From contig JBBRBK010000007.1 in assembly GCA_038205935.1 (NCBI GenBank), forward strand, positions 1 through 49,461: DNA of 49,461 nt. Direction: 5' to 3'. The notes beneath the pieces were generated by a model. It searched no databases. It was not told the DNA's origin and saw only the letters and a list, made by a program, of their open reading frames with translations. Source of the stretch: Campylobacterales bacterium. Lineage in GTDB: Bacteria; Campylobacterota; Campylobacteria; Campylobacterales; Sulfurimonadaceae. The translations under genes were made by a program, and so were the position numbers. Below, one piece after another: positions 1 through 8,075 of this stretch (positions within the stretch are counted from its first letter, which is position 1; every line of letters starts with the position of its first letter).

Positions 1-1
1 G

Positions 2-118
2 GAACATCTCAGCTACAAAGCAGGAGCTAGTCCCTCTATATATAAAGAACATCCGGCCATCTACACCTATACCGTTGATGCAATGCAGGAGAAATTTGAT
101 GCAATACTCCCAATATAA
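2..118 (+). CDS. amrA: AmmeMemoRadiSam system protein A (AMMECR1 family), C-terminal part, truncated by window edge
   Basis: Open frame EHLSYKAGASPSIYKEHPAIYTYTVDAMQEKFDAILPI* with the L-x-x-K-A-G motif of AMMECR1 C-termini; overlaps the amrS start. Confidence 0.7.
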   Translation, partial: EHLSYKAGASPSIYKEHPAIYTYTVDAMQEKFDAILPI

Positions 119-1088
119 AGATGATGAGCATATCGTCTGCCTCTTATGTAAACATTACTGCACCCTCAAAAAAGATGGACACGGGATCTGCGGTATTAAC
201 TACAATATCGATTCCCATCTTGTAAACAAGACTTACGGACATCCAAGTGCTTTACATGTAGATCCGATAGAGAAAAAACCGCTCTATCATTTTATGCCAA
301 ATAGCAAATCTCTTTCACTTGGCACCGTCGGCTGTAACTTCAGATGTCCATTTTGTCAAAACTATTCCATCTCTCAAACTTCTTTGGTTGATGAAAGTGT
401 GACTATCATGCCAGAAGAGATTGTAGCGCTGGCACTGCAATATGACTGCCAAAGCATAAGCTACACCTATAACGAACCAACTATCTGGTATCCATACGCA
501 AAAGATATCGGCATCTTAGCCAAAGCAAATGGACTTAAAAATGTGTTTGTTTCTAGCGGATATGAATCTCACGAGGTTTTAGAAGATATGCGTTCATGGG
601 TCGACGCAGCGAACATCGATCTTAAAAGTTTTTCTCATGAATATTATAAAAAAGTTCTCAAAACCAATCTTGATGGCGTTTTAGAGTCGCTTATAGAGTT
701 TGCAAAAAGCGATATCTGGCTTGAGATAACCACACTGCTCATTCCAGGTGTCAATGACTCAGATGAAGAGATAAAACAGATGGCGGAGTTTATAGCAACC
801 AAGCTCGGCAAAGAGATCCCTTGGCATTTCAGCGCTTTCCATGCTGAGTATAAAATGCTCTCTACTCCAAGTACACCATTATCGACACTTACACGCGCAC
901 GTGAGATAGCCCATCAATATGGCATCACGTATGTTTATCTAGGGAATATTCTCAATGATAGCAATACCTATTGTCCTACATGTAAAGCGAAACTTGTTGA
1001 AAGAAATGCTTATCAAGCACATATCATAGGAATTGAAAATAACAGATGCACAAGTTGTGGATATGAGATAAAAGGAGTCTGGTTATGA
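99..1088 (+). CDS. amrS: AmmeMemoRadiSam system radical SAM enzyme
   Basis: N-terminal CxxC..C cluster, DPIEKKPLYHF, GCNFRCPFCQN radical SAM motif, YTYNEP; ATG at 99 follows AGGAG. Confidence 0.92.
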   Translation: MQYSQYKDDEHIVCLLCKHYCTLKKDGHGICGINYNIDSHLVNKTYGHPSALHVDPIEKKPLYHFMPNSKSLSLGTVGCNFRCPFCQNYSISQTSLVDESVTIMPEEIVALALQYDCQSISYTYNEPTIWYPYAKDIGILAKANGLKNVFVSSGYESHEVLEDMRSWVDAANIDLKSFSHEYYKKVLKTNLDGVLESLIEFAKSDIWLEITTLLIPGVNDSDEEIKQMAEFIATKLGKEIPWHFSAFHAEYKMLSTPSTPLSTLTRAREIAHQYGITYVYLGNILNDSNTYCPTCKAKLVERNAYQAHIIGIENNRCTSCGYEIKGVWL

Positions 1089-1876
1089 AAAGAGAGATGA
1101 GTGTTGCAGGAAGCTTTTATCCTGCAGAGAGTAGTGAGATAAAAAGGTATTTTGATCATTTTACAAAACTCTATGATGAACAATTTCAACTTCCACAAAT
1201 CCATGCTAGTGCCATTATAGTGCCGCATGCAGGATACATCTACTCAGGATATACAGCCAATGTTGCGTATAGAATTCTAAGGCAAAGCAAATTACATACT
1301 CTAGTCATCATCGGACCTTCACACAGAGTTGGGTTTCATGGAGCTAGTTTATGTGAATTTGAAAGTTATACAACTCCTTTTGGAGATTTGCCAAGTTCAA
1401 AAGAACTAGCTTCTCAGTTAAAACAAAACTTCTTACTTTCGTGCCTTGAAGATGCGCACCACGAACACAGTACAGAAGTACAGTTTCCCTTTGTAAAATA
1501 TTACATGGAAGATGTCAAAATTTTAGAAATAGTTTATGGGGAAATAGATCCAAAAGAGCTTTCAAAAATTATCGATTTTGTACTTGAAAAAGAGCAAACC
1601 GGCATTATTATCAGCACGGATCTCAGCCATTTTCATACTTTACAAGAAGCAAACAAGTTAGACGCAATCTGCGCAGATGCCCTCAAAATACTTGATATGC
1701 AAGAGCTCTATAGAGGCTGTGAAGCTTGCGGAAAAATAGGCGTAGCAGCGATGATGCAAAGTGCAAAGAGAAAAGGCTTACATGTAAAGTTGCTCGATTA
1801 TCGTACAAGTGCTGATACAACGCATGACAATCAAAGTGTTGTCGGCTATTTAAGTGCTTGTTTTAGCGAATTTTGA
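1085..1876 (+). CDS. amrB: AmmeMemoRadiSam system protein B (MEMO1 family)
   Basis: VAGSFYP, PHAGYIYSG, GPSH, EHSTEVQFPF, STDLSH, VVGY motifs; ATGA overlap with amrS. Confidence 0.93.
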   Translation: MKREMSVAGSFYPAESSEIKRYFDHFTKLYDEQFQLPQIHASAIIVPHAGYIYSGYTANVAYRILRQSKLHTLVIIGPSHRVGFHGASLCEFESYTTPFGDLPSSKELASQLKQNFLLSCLEDAHHEHSTEVQFPFVKYYMEDVKILEIVYGEIDPKELSKIIDFVLEKEQTGIIISTDLSHFHTLQEANKLDAICADALKILDMQELYRGCEACGKIGVAAMMQSAKRKGLHVKLLDYRTSADTTHDNQSVVGYLSACFSEF

Positions 1877-1917
1877 TTTTACATTTCAAACTTATGCTAA
1901 TATAAAAATCTAAGATA

Positions 1918-1948
1918 GCTATCATTGCAATTGTATTATGATGATAGC
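1918..1948. promoter_or_regulatory. Inverted repeat GCTATCAT-N15-ATGATAGC, candidate operator
   Basis: Perfect 8-bp arms in the intergenic region upstream of the hypothetical gene. Confidence 0.35.
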
Positions 1949-1982
1949 AATTAAAAACTATTTTATAAAGTAGTGAAAAGGA

Positions 1983-2351
1983 GTGATTATGCATCGAGTT
2001 CTCAAATATTCCAATATTGAAAATGAACTTCCCAATCTAGTAAAAGTATTGAGAGAAGCTCTTCAAACTGATTTCTTGCAAATACGTTTGATCGACAAAG
2101 AGTGTGATAAATATATCAGAGAGTGCAGTAACGGTTGCCCTTTAACTGACGCCACTTATGTTGTCTACTCTCCTCATGTTAAAAAAGAGGATCACCACAA
2201 TGAGCTGTTTGTATTTTTGGATGATACTGGCAATATCTTGTGCCACGTTGGAGGAGATCACTTAGAGCTATACGGTCTTTTAAAACCAATAAGTAATCTT
2301 TCTATCAGTGAAGAGTATAAAAATACACTCAAGCCTAAAGAATTAATTTAA
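1983..2351 (+). CDS. Hypothetical protein (Cys/His-rich)
   Basis: 122-aa ORF; AAGGAG at about 1977-1983 suggests the real start is the ATG at 1989; no recognisable domain. Confidence 0.7.
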   Translation: MIMHRVLKYSNIENELPNLVKVLREALQTDFLQIRLIDKECDKYIRECSNGCPLTDATYVVYSPHVKKEDHHNELFVFLDDTGNILCHVGGDHLELYGLLKPISNLSISEEYKNTLKPKELI

Positions 2352-2401
2352 AAAATTTAATTTTGAAAGTTTTTGTATAAAAAGTGAGTTAGGGTTTTTC
2401 G

Positions 2402-2463
2402 AGTGCTGCGCCCGAAGGAATTCGAATCCCTGACCGATTCAGAGCACAATGGCTTTGAGCTAC
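2402..2463 (-). pseudogene. Duplicate/degenerate copy of tRNA-Arg(GCG) (att-like direct repeat)
   Basis: 2407-2436 is identical over 30 bp to 4491-4520 (tRNA 3' half); CCA end reads GCA; TGAGCTAC at 2456-2463 also matches 4551-4558. Confidence 0.85.
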
Positions 2464-4212
2464 TTATATATGTATAATCACTCTATTTCTTCCATTATTT
2501 TTTGCTTCATAAAGGGCCATATCCACTCTTTTTAAAAGTTCTTCTTTGCCCTCTTTGGGATGAGATATTATAACTCCTATACTCACAGTTACTTTTTCTA
2601 CACTTTTAAAATTGTAACTCTCTATATGTACACGTATTCTTTCTGCGATTGCTGCGGCATCTTCAATAAGAGTATTTGGAAACAAGATCATAAACTCTTC
2701 GCCTCCGACACGTGCAAAAATATCACTTTGACGAAGATGTTTTTTAGTAATATTTGAAATTGATTTTAAAACATTATCTCCAATATCATGCCCGTAGGTA
2801 TCGTTTACTTGTTTAAAATTATCTATATCAAACATAGATAAAGAAAACAAAAAGTTATCTCTACTTTCCTTATATATCTCATTTTCAAGAACATCATTAA
2901 AAAAATATCTGTTATATGCTTGTGTCAAAGAATCTTTAATTGCAATCTCTTTCATGTCGCTATATGCTTGCTGCAATTCAATTGTCCGTTCATCGACTAT
3001 TGTTTCTAACGAGTCATTAATAAGTTCTAATTCACTATTTTTTTCTTTTATCGATATTGAGTATTCATTGAGCTTAATTTTCAATTTATGAGAAATAACA
3101 TAAGAAGCTATCAGTGAAAGTAACATAAACGATAAGGATATTCCAAGAATATGTATATATTCACGCTCATACATCGCATCAAGTTCAGATTTTTTTGCCT
3201 TGATCTGAGCATTTAATTTATTTAAATAAAATCCGTTTCCTACAATCCAGTTGCTGTTTGGAATTTTTTCAACATAGGAATACTTTTCTTCAATAACTCC
3301 GGTTTTTGGATTTTTTATTTTATAAAAGATAAAATGAGGCTCCTTAGAATTTGCACTTTGGATGAACTCTTTTATAAACTCTTTTCTGTCGGTATCTTCT
3401 AATAAAAGAATATTTGTTCCATCTTCAACAGAACCTTGTCCGTGCATAATACTATTACCCTTTTGATCAATAACAAAATAGTAATCTTCTTGATTTAAAG
3501 AGATATTTTTTAGTAACTTCAAAGCACTGTCTTGAAGTTCAATCATCGTAGTATCAATATACTCTGCAGAACCCATATACCAATTAAAATCATCAAATTT
3601 TTTGACATAGGCGAGCTGTTTAAACTGTGTTGTTTTATCATATTTAGGACGAGTGAAAGTATCCCAAAGATATCCTTCTCGACTGCTTTTAACCGTAGCT
3701 ATCTCTTCACGAATCACATACCTTTTAGTTGCATCTTGAAAATCTATAATACTCTTTCCCTCAAGCCCTCTTAAATAGTTTGGAGCCAGATGAAATACCC
3801 CATCAAAGTCTAAAATAAAAATAAAACTCTCTCCATTATTCCATACAAAAGGTCTAAGTGAGTCGATAATCATCTTTTGAACTTCTGTTTTTGTATGAGT
3901 CTTGATGTTTTGTAAATAAATATTATGTGCGATGGAGTATGCAGTATCTACTCTATTTTTAACTTTTTCTTTTACCATATCTTCTACTAGAACTTTTTTA
4001 TATGAAATAAGTTTAACAGCGGTATCTACTTTTGAGATAATCTGATTTTTTTGATTTTGCATATAGGATTTTTTCATATCAATAATTGATTGTTCGTACT
4101 GATGTTTACTGATACTTAGAAGTAAAAAGCTGACTAAAAAAACAACTGAAGGAATAAAAAGAAGTGGCCCATAAGAAATAAGCCTTAGGAGATTTTTTTC
4201 ATTTAAAATCAT
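2464..4212 (-). CDS. Membrane-bound diguanylate cyclase with tandem Cache sensor domains
   Basis: TM-Cache-Cache-TM then DIDNFKQVND, RxxD I-site (RQSD) and GGEEF; probable start ATG 4212 with GGAG upstream. Confidence 0.9.
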   Translation of the reverse strand: MILNEKNLLRLISYGPLLFIPSVVFLVSFLLLSISKHQYEQSIIDMKKSYMQNQKNQIISKVDTAVKLISYKKVLVEDMVKEKVKNRVDTAYSIAHNIYLQNIKTHTKTEVQKMIIDSLRPFVWNNGESFIFILDFDGVFHLAPNYLRGLEGKSIIDFQDATKRYVIREEIATVKSSREGYLWDTFTRPKYDKTTQFKQLAYVKKFDDFNWYMGSAEYIDTTMIELQDSALKLLKNISLNQEDYYFVIDQKGNSIMHGQGSVEDGTNILLLEDTDRKEFIKEFIQSANSKEPHFIFYKIKNPKTGVIEEKYSYVEKIPNSNWIVGNGFYLNKLNAQIKAKKSELDAMYEREYIHILGISLSFMLLSLIASYVISHKLKIKLNEYSISIKEKNSELELINDSLETIVDERTIELQQAYSDMKEIAIKDSLTQAYNRYFFNDVLENEIYKESRDNFLFSLSMFDIDNFKQVNDTYGHDIGDNVLKSISNITKKHLRQSDIFARVGGEEFMILFPNTLIEDAAAIAERIRVHIESYNFKSVEKVTVSIGVIISHPKEGKEELLKRVDMALYEAKNNGRNRVIIHI

Positions 4213-4487
4213 TGAATAACATCTCCAAACATAAAATATTTTTTTGATTTTAACATAGAGTTTATAATATATACTTTTTTTCAAGATCTAAAAATTACAT
4301 TTTTTTGATTAACCCAATTTATGATAACAACGGTAGCAATTTCTCCACCTTAGAATACGCTAATTGAAGTTTAAAGTGCAACAATTTAAAAAATAAAAAG
4401 ATGAAATCTTAAAGAAAGTTTGTCCAGATGGATTTTTAAGTGACAAGTTGATATATTTTGGAGTTCGATGATTAGGGAGTTTAGAAG

Positions 4488-4564
4488 TGGTGCGCCCGAA
4501 GGAATTCGAATCCCTGACCGCCGGTACCGCAAACCGGTGCTCTATCCAGCTGAGCTACGAACGC
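4488..4564 (-). tRNA. tRNA-Arg(GCG)
   Basis: GCGTTCGTAGCTCAGCTGGATAGAGCA-CCGGT-TTGCGGT-ACCGG...TTCGAAT...CGGGCGCACCA; cloverleaf with encoded CCA. Confidence 0.96.
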
Positions 4565-4620
4565 ACGTTTATTTTAAAGAGAACGAAATTATATACAAAA
4601 AAGCTTATACTAATATAAAA

Positions 4621-4836
4621 TTAATCAAATTTCTTTAAAATCTCTTCTACTTTCTTCTCTTTAAGATAGAGTTCATAAGTTTTTCTTATATACGCTTCTA
4701 ATACTTTTTTTATTTCATTATTACCATCAACATTTAGATCATGGGCTATCTGCTTTTGTAAAAAAGGAGCAAACTCATCTTCAATATTGAGATCAAACTT
4801 TTTACCATCGACCATAAAAGATATTTTTCTACTCAT
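4621..4836 (-). CDS. Small hypothetical protein, possibly ZapA-like
   Basis: 71 aa; two beta-strand-like segments then a coiled-coil-like helix; directly follows the ZapB-like gene. Confidence 0.6.
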   Translation of the reverse strand: MSRKISFMVDGKKFDLNIEDEFAPFLQKQIAHDLNVDGNNEIKKVLEAYIRKTYELYLKEKKVEEILKKFD

Positions 4837-4842
4837 CAGTCG

Positions 4843-5055
4843 TTAACCCAACATGCTTTCAATTTGACTTACTATGGCTTCTATTTCCATATCTTTATTC
4901 GAATTTTCTTGGACTAATCTAGCTATCTCTTGATCTTTGATCTCGCGCTCAGCTTTGAGTGTCATAAGTTCATTTCTGAGCTTTTCATTTTCTTCTTTTA
5001 AAACACCAAACTGGTGCAACATCTCTGAAACTTTTGAACTTAACCTATCTAACAT
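4843..5055 (-). CDS. Coiled-coil protein, ZapB/DUF904-like
   Basis: Continuous heptad pattern (LKEENEKLRNEL); AGGAG upstream of ATG 5055. Confidence 0.65.
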   Translation of the reverse strand: MLDRLSSKVSEMLHQFGVLKEENEKLRNELMTLKAEREIKDQEIARLVQENSNKDMEIEAIVSQIESMLG

Positions 5056-5202
5056 ATAAAACTCCTGCATATAAAAACGTAAAAAAATAAAGTCTGTCTT
5101 TGTCTAGAATTCTAGCACAAAATATCTAAGTATTCGTGTGAAATCGTCATATAAAAGAGAAGTTTTGTTTGAAGAGATTAATATATTTGAAAGAAGAAAA
5201 TA

Positions 5203-5287
5203 TGGTGCGCCCGAGAAGATTTGAACTTCCACACCCGTAGGGCACTACCACCTCAAGGTAGCGTGTCTACCATTCCACCACGGACGC
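5203..5287 (-). tRNA. tRNA-Leu(GAG)
   Basis: GCGTCCGTGGTGGAATGGTAGACACG-CTACC-TTGAGGT-GGTAG, long variable arm, GTTCAAAT, CCA end. Confidence 0.96.
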
Positions 5288-5300
5288 ACGAAAAAAGGTT

Positions 5301-5320
5301 TTGTCAGCCGAAGCTGACAA
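5301..5320 (-). terminator. UUCG-tetraloop hairpin 3' of atpE (terminator or processing/stability stem)
   Basis: TTGTCAGC-CGAA-GCTGACAA, followed on the minus strand by a T-run. Confidence 0.6.
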
Positions 5321-5339
5321 TGAGGTATTTTTTAACTGA

Positions 5340-5654
5340 TTAAGCTAAAAATGGGTTTGCATATAATGCAATAAGAGCGATAACAAGTGTATAGATAACT
5401 TGTGCTTCGATCATAGCCAATGCGATGAACATTGTAGTCATTAGCTTTCCGCCAAGACCTGGGTTACGTGCAGTACCAGCGATAGTTGCAGCAGCAGTGT
5501 TACCCATACCGATAGCTCCACCAAGTGCAGCAAGACCAAGACCAACACCAGCAGCAACTACTGAGTAAGCTTTTAAAGTTTCGTTTGCAACTTCACCATC
5601 AGCAGCGAATGCTGCAGCAGCTAAAGCTAACATTAAAAATAGAATTTTTTTCAT
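5340..5654 (-). CDS. atpE: F0F1 ATP synthase subunit c
   Basis: GxGxGxG helix, ARNP loop, conserved Glu (IEAQVIY); N-terminal extension typical of Campylobacterota. Confidence 0.96.
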   Translation of the reverse strand: MKKILFLMLALAAAAFAADGEVANETLKAYSVVAAGVGLGLAALGGAIGMGNTAAATIAGTARNPGLGGKLMTTMFIALAMIEAQVIYTLVIALIALYANPFLA

Positions 5655-5758
5655 ATGATTCTCCATAAAAATTTTCTTACAAAGTCTGTTCGGCTAGCGT
5701 ATCCCTACTTAATCACTTTGAGACCGCAATGATACACAAAATAACTTTAAAGTTTTAT

Positions 5759-7933
5759 TTAGTTTGCACGACCTAAGCCGATTTTACTTCCTTTAAACTC
5801 TAAAATCTCAACTCTTATAGCATCTCCCTCTTTTAAAACATCAGAAACTCTCTCAACTCTACTATCTGAAATCTTAGAAATATGGATAAGACCATCAGTT
5901 CCGCCCGGAAGTTCTATAAAAGCACCAAAATCAACGATCTTTTTAACTTTTCCATCTACGATATCGCCGACTTTGTATTCTATCTTATTCTCTTTTGATG
6001 AAGAAGCAATATTTTCTATATGCTCTTTTGCCGCTGAGAGATTATTTTTATCTGTGCCTGAGAGTTTTACTTTTCCCACTTTTTTATCTATATCGATCGC
6101 AATTTCAAATTTTTCGATGATTTCACGGATCGTTTTTCCAGCTTGACCGATGATATCACCGATGATGCTTGGATCAACATGAAAGATATTTGTCGTCGGT
6201 AAAACTCCATGATTAAATTCGATAGCTTCAACAGCTTCATGCATAATATCTAAAATATGAGCACGTCCTTCTTTGGCTTGATACAGTGCTGATTTAAGAA
6301 CTTCAAGACTAATGCCTCCAAGTTTGATATCCATCTGCATGGCAGTAATACCTTCTCTTGAACCTGTCACTTTAAAGTCCATATCGCCATCATGATCTTC
6401 AAGTCCCATAATATCACTTAGTATTAGATGCTTATCGCCATCACTTACCATACCCATAGCGATACCGGCTATCATATCAGAAGTTTCAATGTCAGCTGCA
6501 CGTAAAGCCATATAACCGCCACAAACTGTAGCCATAGAAGATGAACCATTTGATTCAAGAATTTCTGAAACTAAACGTATTGTTTGTCCATCTGCATTTA
6601 AAATCGACTCTAACGCACGTTTTGCTAAGTTTCCGTGACCTAGTTCTCTACGTCTTGGAGCACCTATTGGCGAAGCTTCTCCAACAGAAAATCCTGGGAA
6701 GTTGTAATGCACCATAAAATTTTCATTTTGAGTTGCAGAATCTGTCAAGTTTTCATACATCTGCGCATCTTTTGGACCGCCTAGTGTTAATGAAACAAGA
6801 GCCTGAGTCTGACCACGAGTAAAAAGACATGATGAGTGAGCAGATGGAAGAACATTTGTATCTATCTTGATAGGACGAACTTGATTCAGTGCTCTTCCAT
6901 CAGCACGAACGTTGTCTCTTAAAATCATATTTCTTACAACATCACGTTTTACAGTTTCAATCGCATTTTTAAGATCAAGTTCATTCCATTCTGTATGCTC
7001 TTTTAAAATCGCTTTTCTCAAACTTCTAAGTGCGGTTGAACGTTCACTTTTTGCCATTTGCACAAGTGCTGCTTTGATGTCAGCAATGTGATGCTGTGCA
7101 ACATACGTAAGCATCTCATCATCGATATGATGTGCTTTAAGCTCTAAAGGTTTTACTTCTTTTGTAAACACTTTAAATTCTTGTTCATATAATGTGTTTG
7201 CATCTTTTAATATTTGTTGCGCTTGAGCTAAAATCTCTATAAGCTCATCTTCTGGCATTGCATTTGCAGAGTGAATTGTCATTGTCTGAGCCATCATAGC
7301 CGGATCTAAAACAGGATCGACCAATGGACCTTCACTGAGTCCAAACATATCAGAACCTAAAGAACGCATCTCTATCATTAATATATCATCTTTTGTACCT
7401 GAAAGATAAAGATCAAATGTAGAATCATTCAACTCTTTGATCGTTGGATTAAATTTCAGTTCATCGCCGATTTTTGCTACACGTACACCGCTTACCGATG
7501 TACTCATATCAATATCTGAAACATAAAGTGCTGCTGAAGCCGCATTGAGTGCAAGCACTTGAAGATCAGCATCCTCATCGACACTTAAAACTAAAATTGA
7601 TATCTGAGTCGGATGACCAAATCCTTTTGGAAAAATTGGTCTTAGAGATCTGTCAACGATGCGAGATGTTAAAGTTTCAAAATCACTTGGCTTTGATTCG
7701 CGTTTAAAAAATCCACCGGGAATCTTTCCAGCTGCATAACTTTTTTCTAAGTATTGAACTGTTAAAGGTAAAAAGTCATCCTCAACTATTTCTGTCTCAT
7801 CAATAACTACGGTAGCGAGGATAACAGTGTTCCCACTTTTTAACCATGCTGCACCATTTGCCTGACGTGCAACTTCATTAAATGAATAACTTTCTTCTCT
7901 ATTGGTCAATGCCAAATCAATATCATATTTCAC
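5759..7933 (-). CDS. pnp: Polyribonucleotide nucleotidyltransferase (PNPase)
   Basis: FLPLTVQY, AAGKIPGGF, RRELGHG, ESNGSSSMA, GDMDFKV, KH and S1 domains. Confidence 0.97.
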   Translation of the reverse strand: MKYDIDLALTNREESYSFNEVARQANGAAWLKSGNTVILATVVIDETEIVEDDFLPLTVQYLEKSYAAGKIPGGFFKRESKPSDFETLTSRIVDRSLRPIFPKGFGHPTQISILVLSVDEDADLQVLALNAASAALYVSDIDMSTSVSGVRVAKIGDELKFNPTIKELNDSTFDLYLSGTKDDILMIEMRSLGSDMFGLSEGPLVDPVLDPAMMAQTMTIHSANAMPEDELIEILAQAQQILKDANTLYEQEFKVFTKEVKPLELKAHHIDDEMLTYVAQHHIADIKAALVQMAKSERSTALRSLRKAILKEHTEWNELDLKNAIETVKRDVVRNMILRDNVRADGRALNQVRPIKIDTNVLPSAHSSCLFTRGQTQALVSLTLGGPKDAQMYENLTDSATQNENFMVHYNFPGFSVGEASPIGAPRRRELGHGNLAKRALESILNADGQTIRLVSEILESNGSSSMATVCGGYMALRAADIETSDMIAGIAMGMVSDGDKHLILSDIMGLEDHDGDMDFKVTGSREGITAMQMDIKLGGISLEVLKSALYQAKEGRAHILDIMHEAVEAIEFNHGVLPTTNIFHVDPSIIGDIIGQAGKTIREIIEKFEIAIDIDKKVGKVKLSGTDKNNLSAAKEHIENIASSSKENKIEYKVGDIVDGKVKKIVDFGAFIELPGGTDGLIHISKISDSRVERVSDVLKEGDAIRVEILEFKGSKIGLGRAN

Positions 7934-8075
7934 TTTACTCTCCTAGGTATTTTTCAATCATCTTATTTTTGATTTTTCATAATATTCGTATTCTATCTTA
8001 AATGAACTGACGAACTCCTCTAAGCTTATCATCCTTACATGCAAAGTGCCCTGTGGGTGTAAGCTTTGTTCGTAC

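Noticed and set aside
4488..4564. tRNA-Arg with GCG instead of ACG anticodon
   Set aside because: Known normal feature of Campylobacterota; used only as a taxonomic clue.
5600..5666. Signal-peptide-like extension on ATP synthase subunit c
   Set aside because: Typical of Campylobacterota subunit c.
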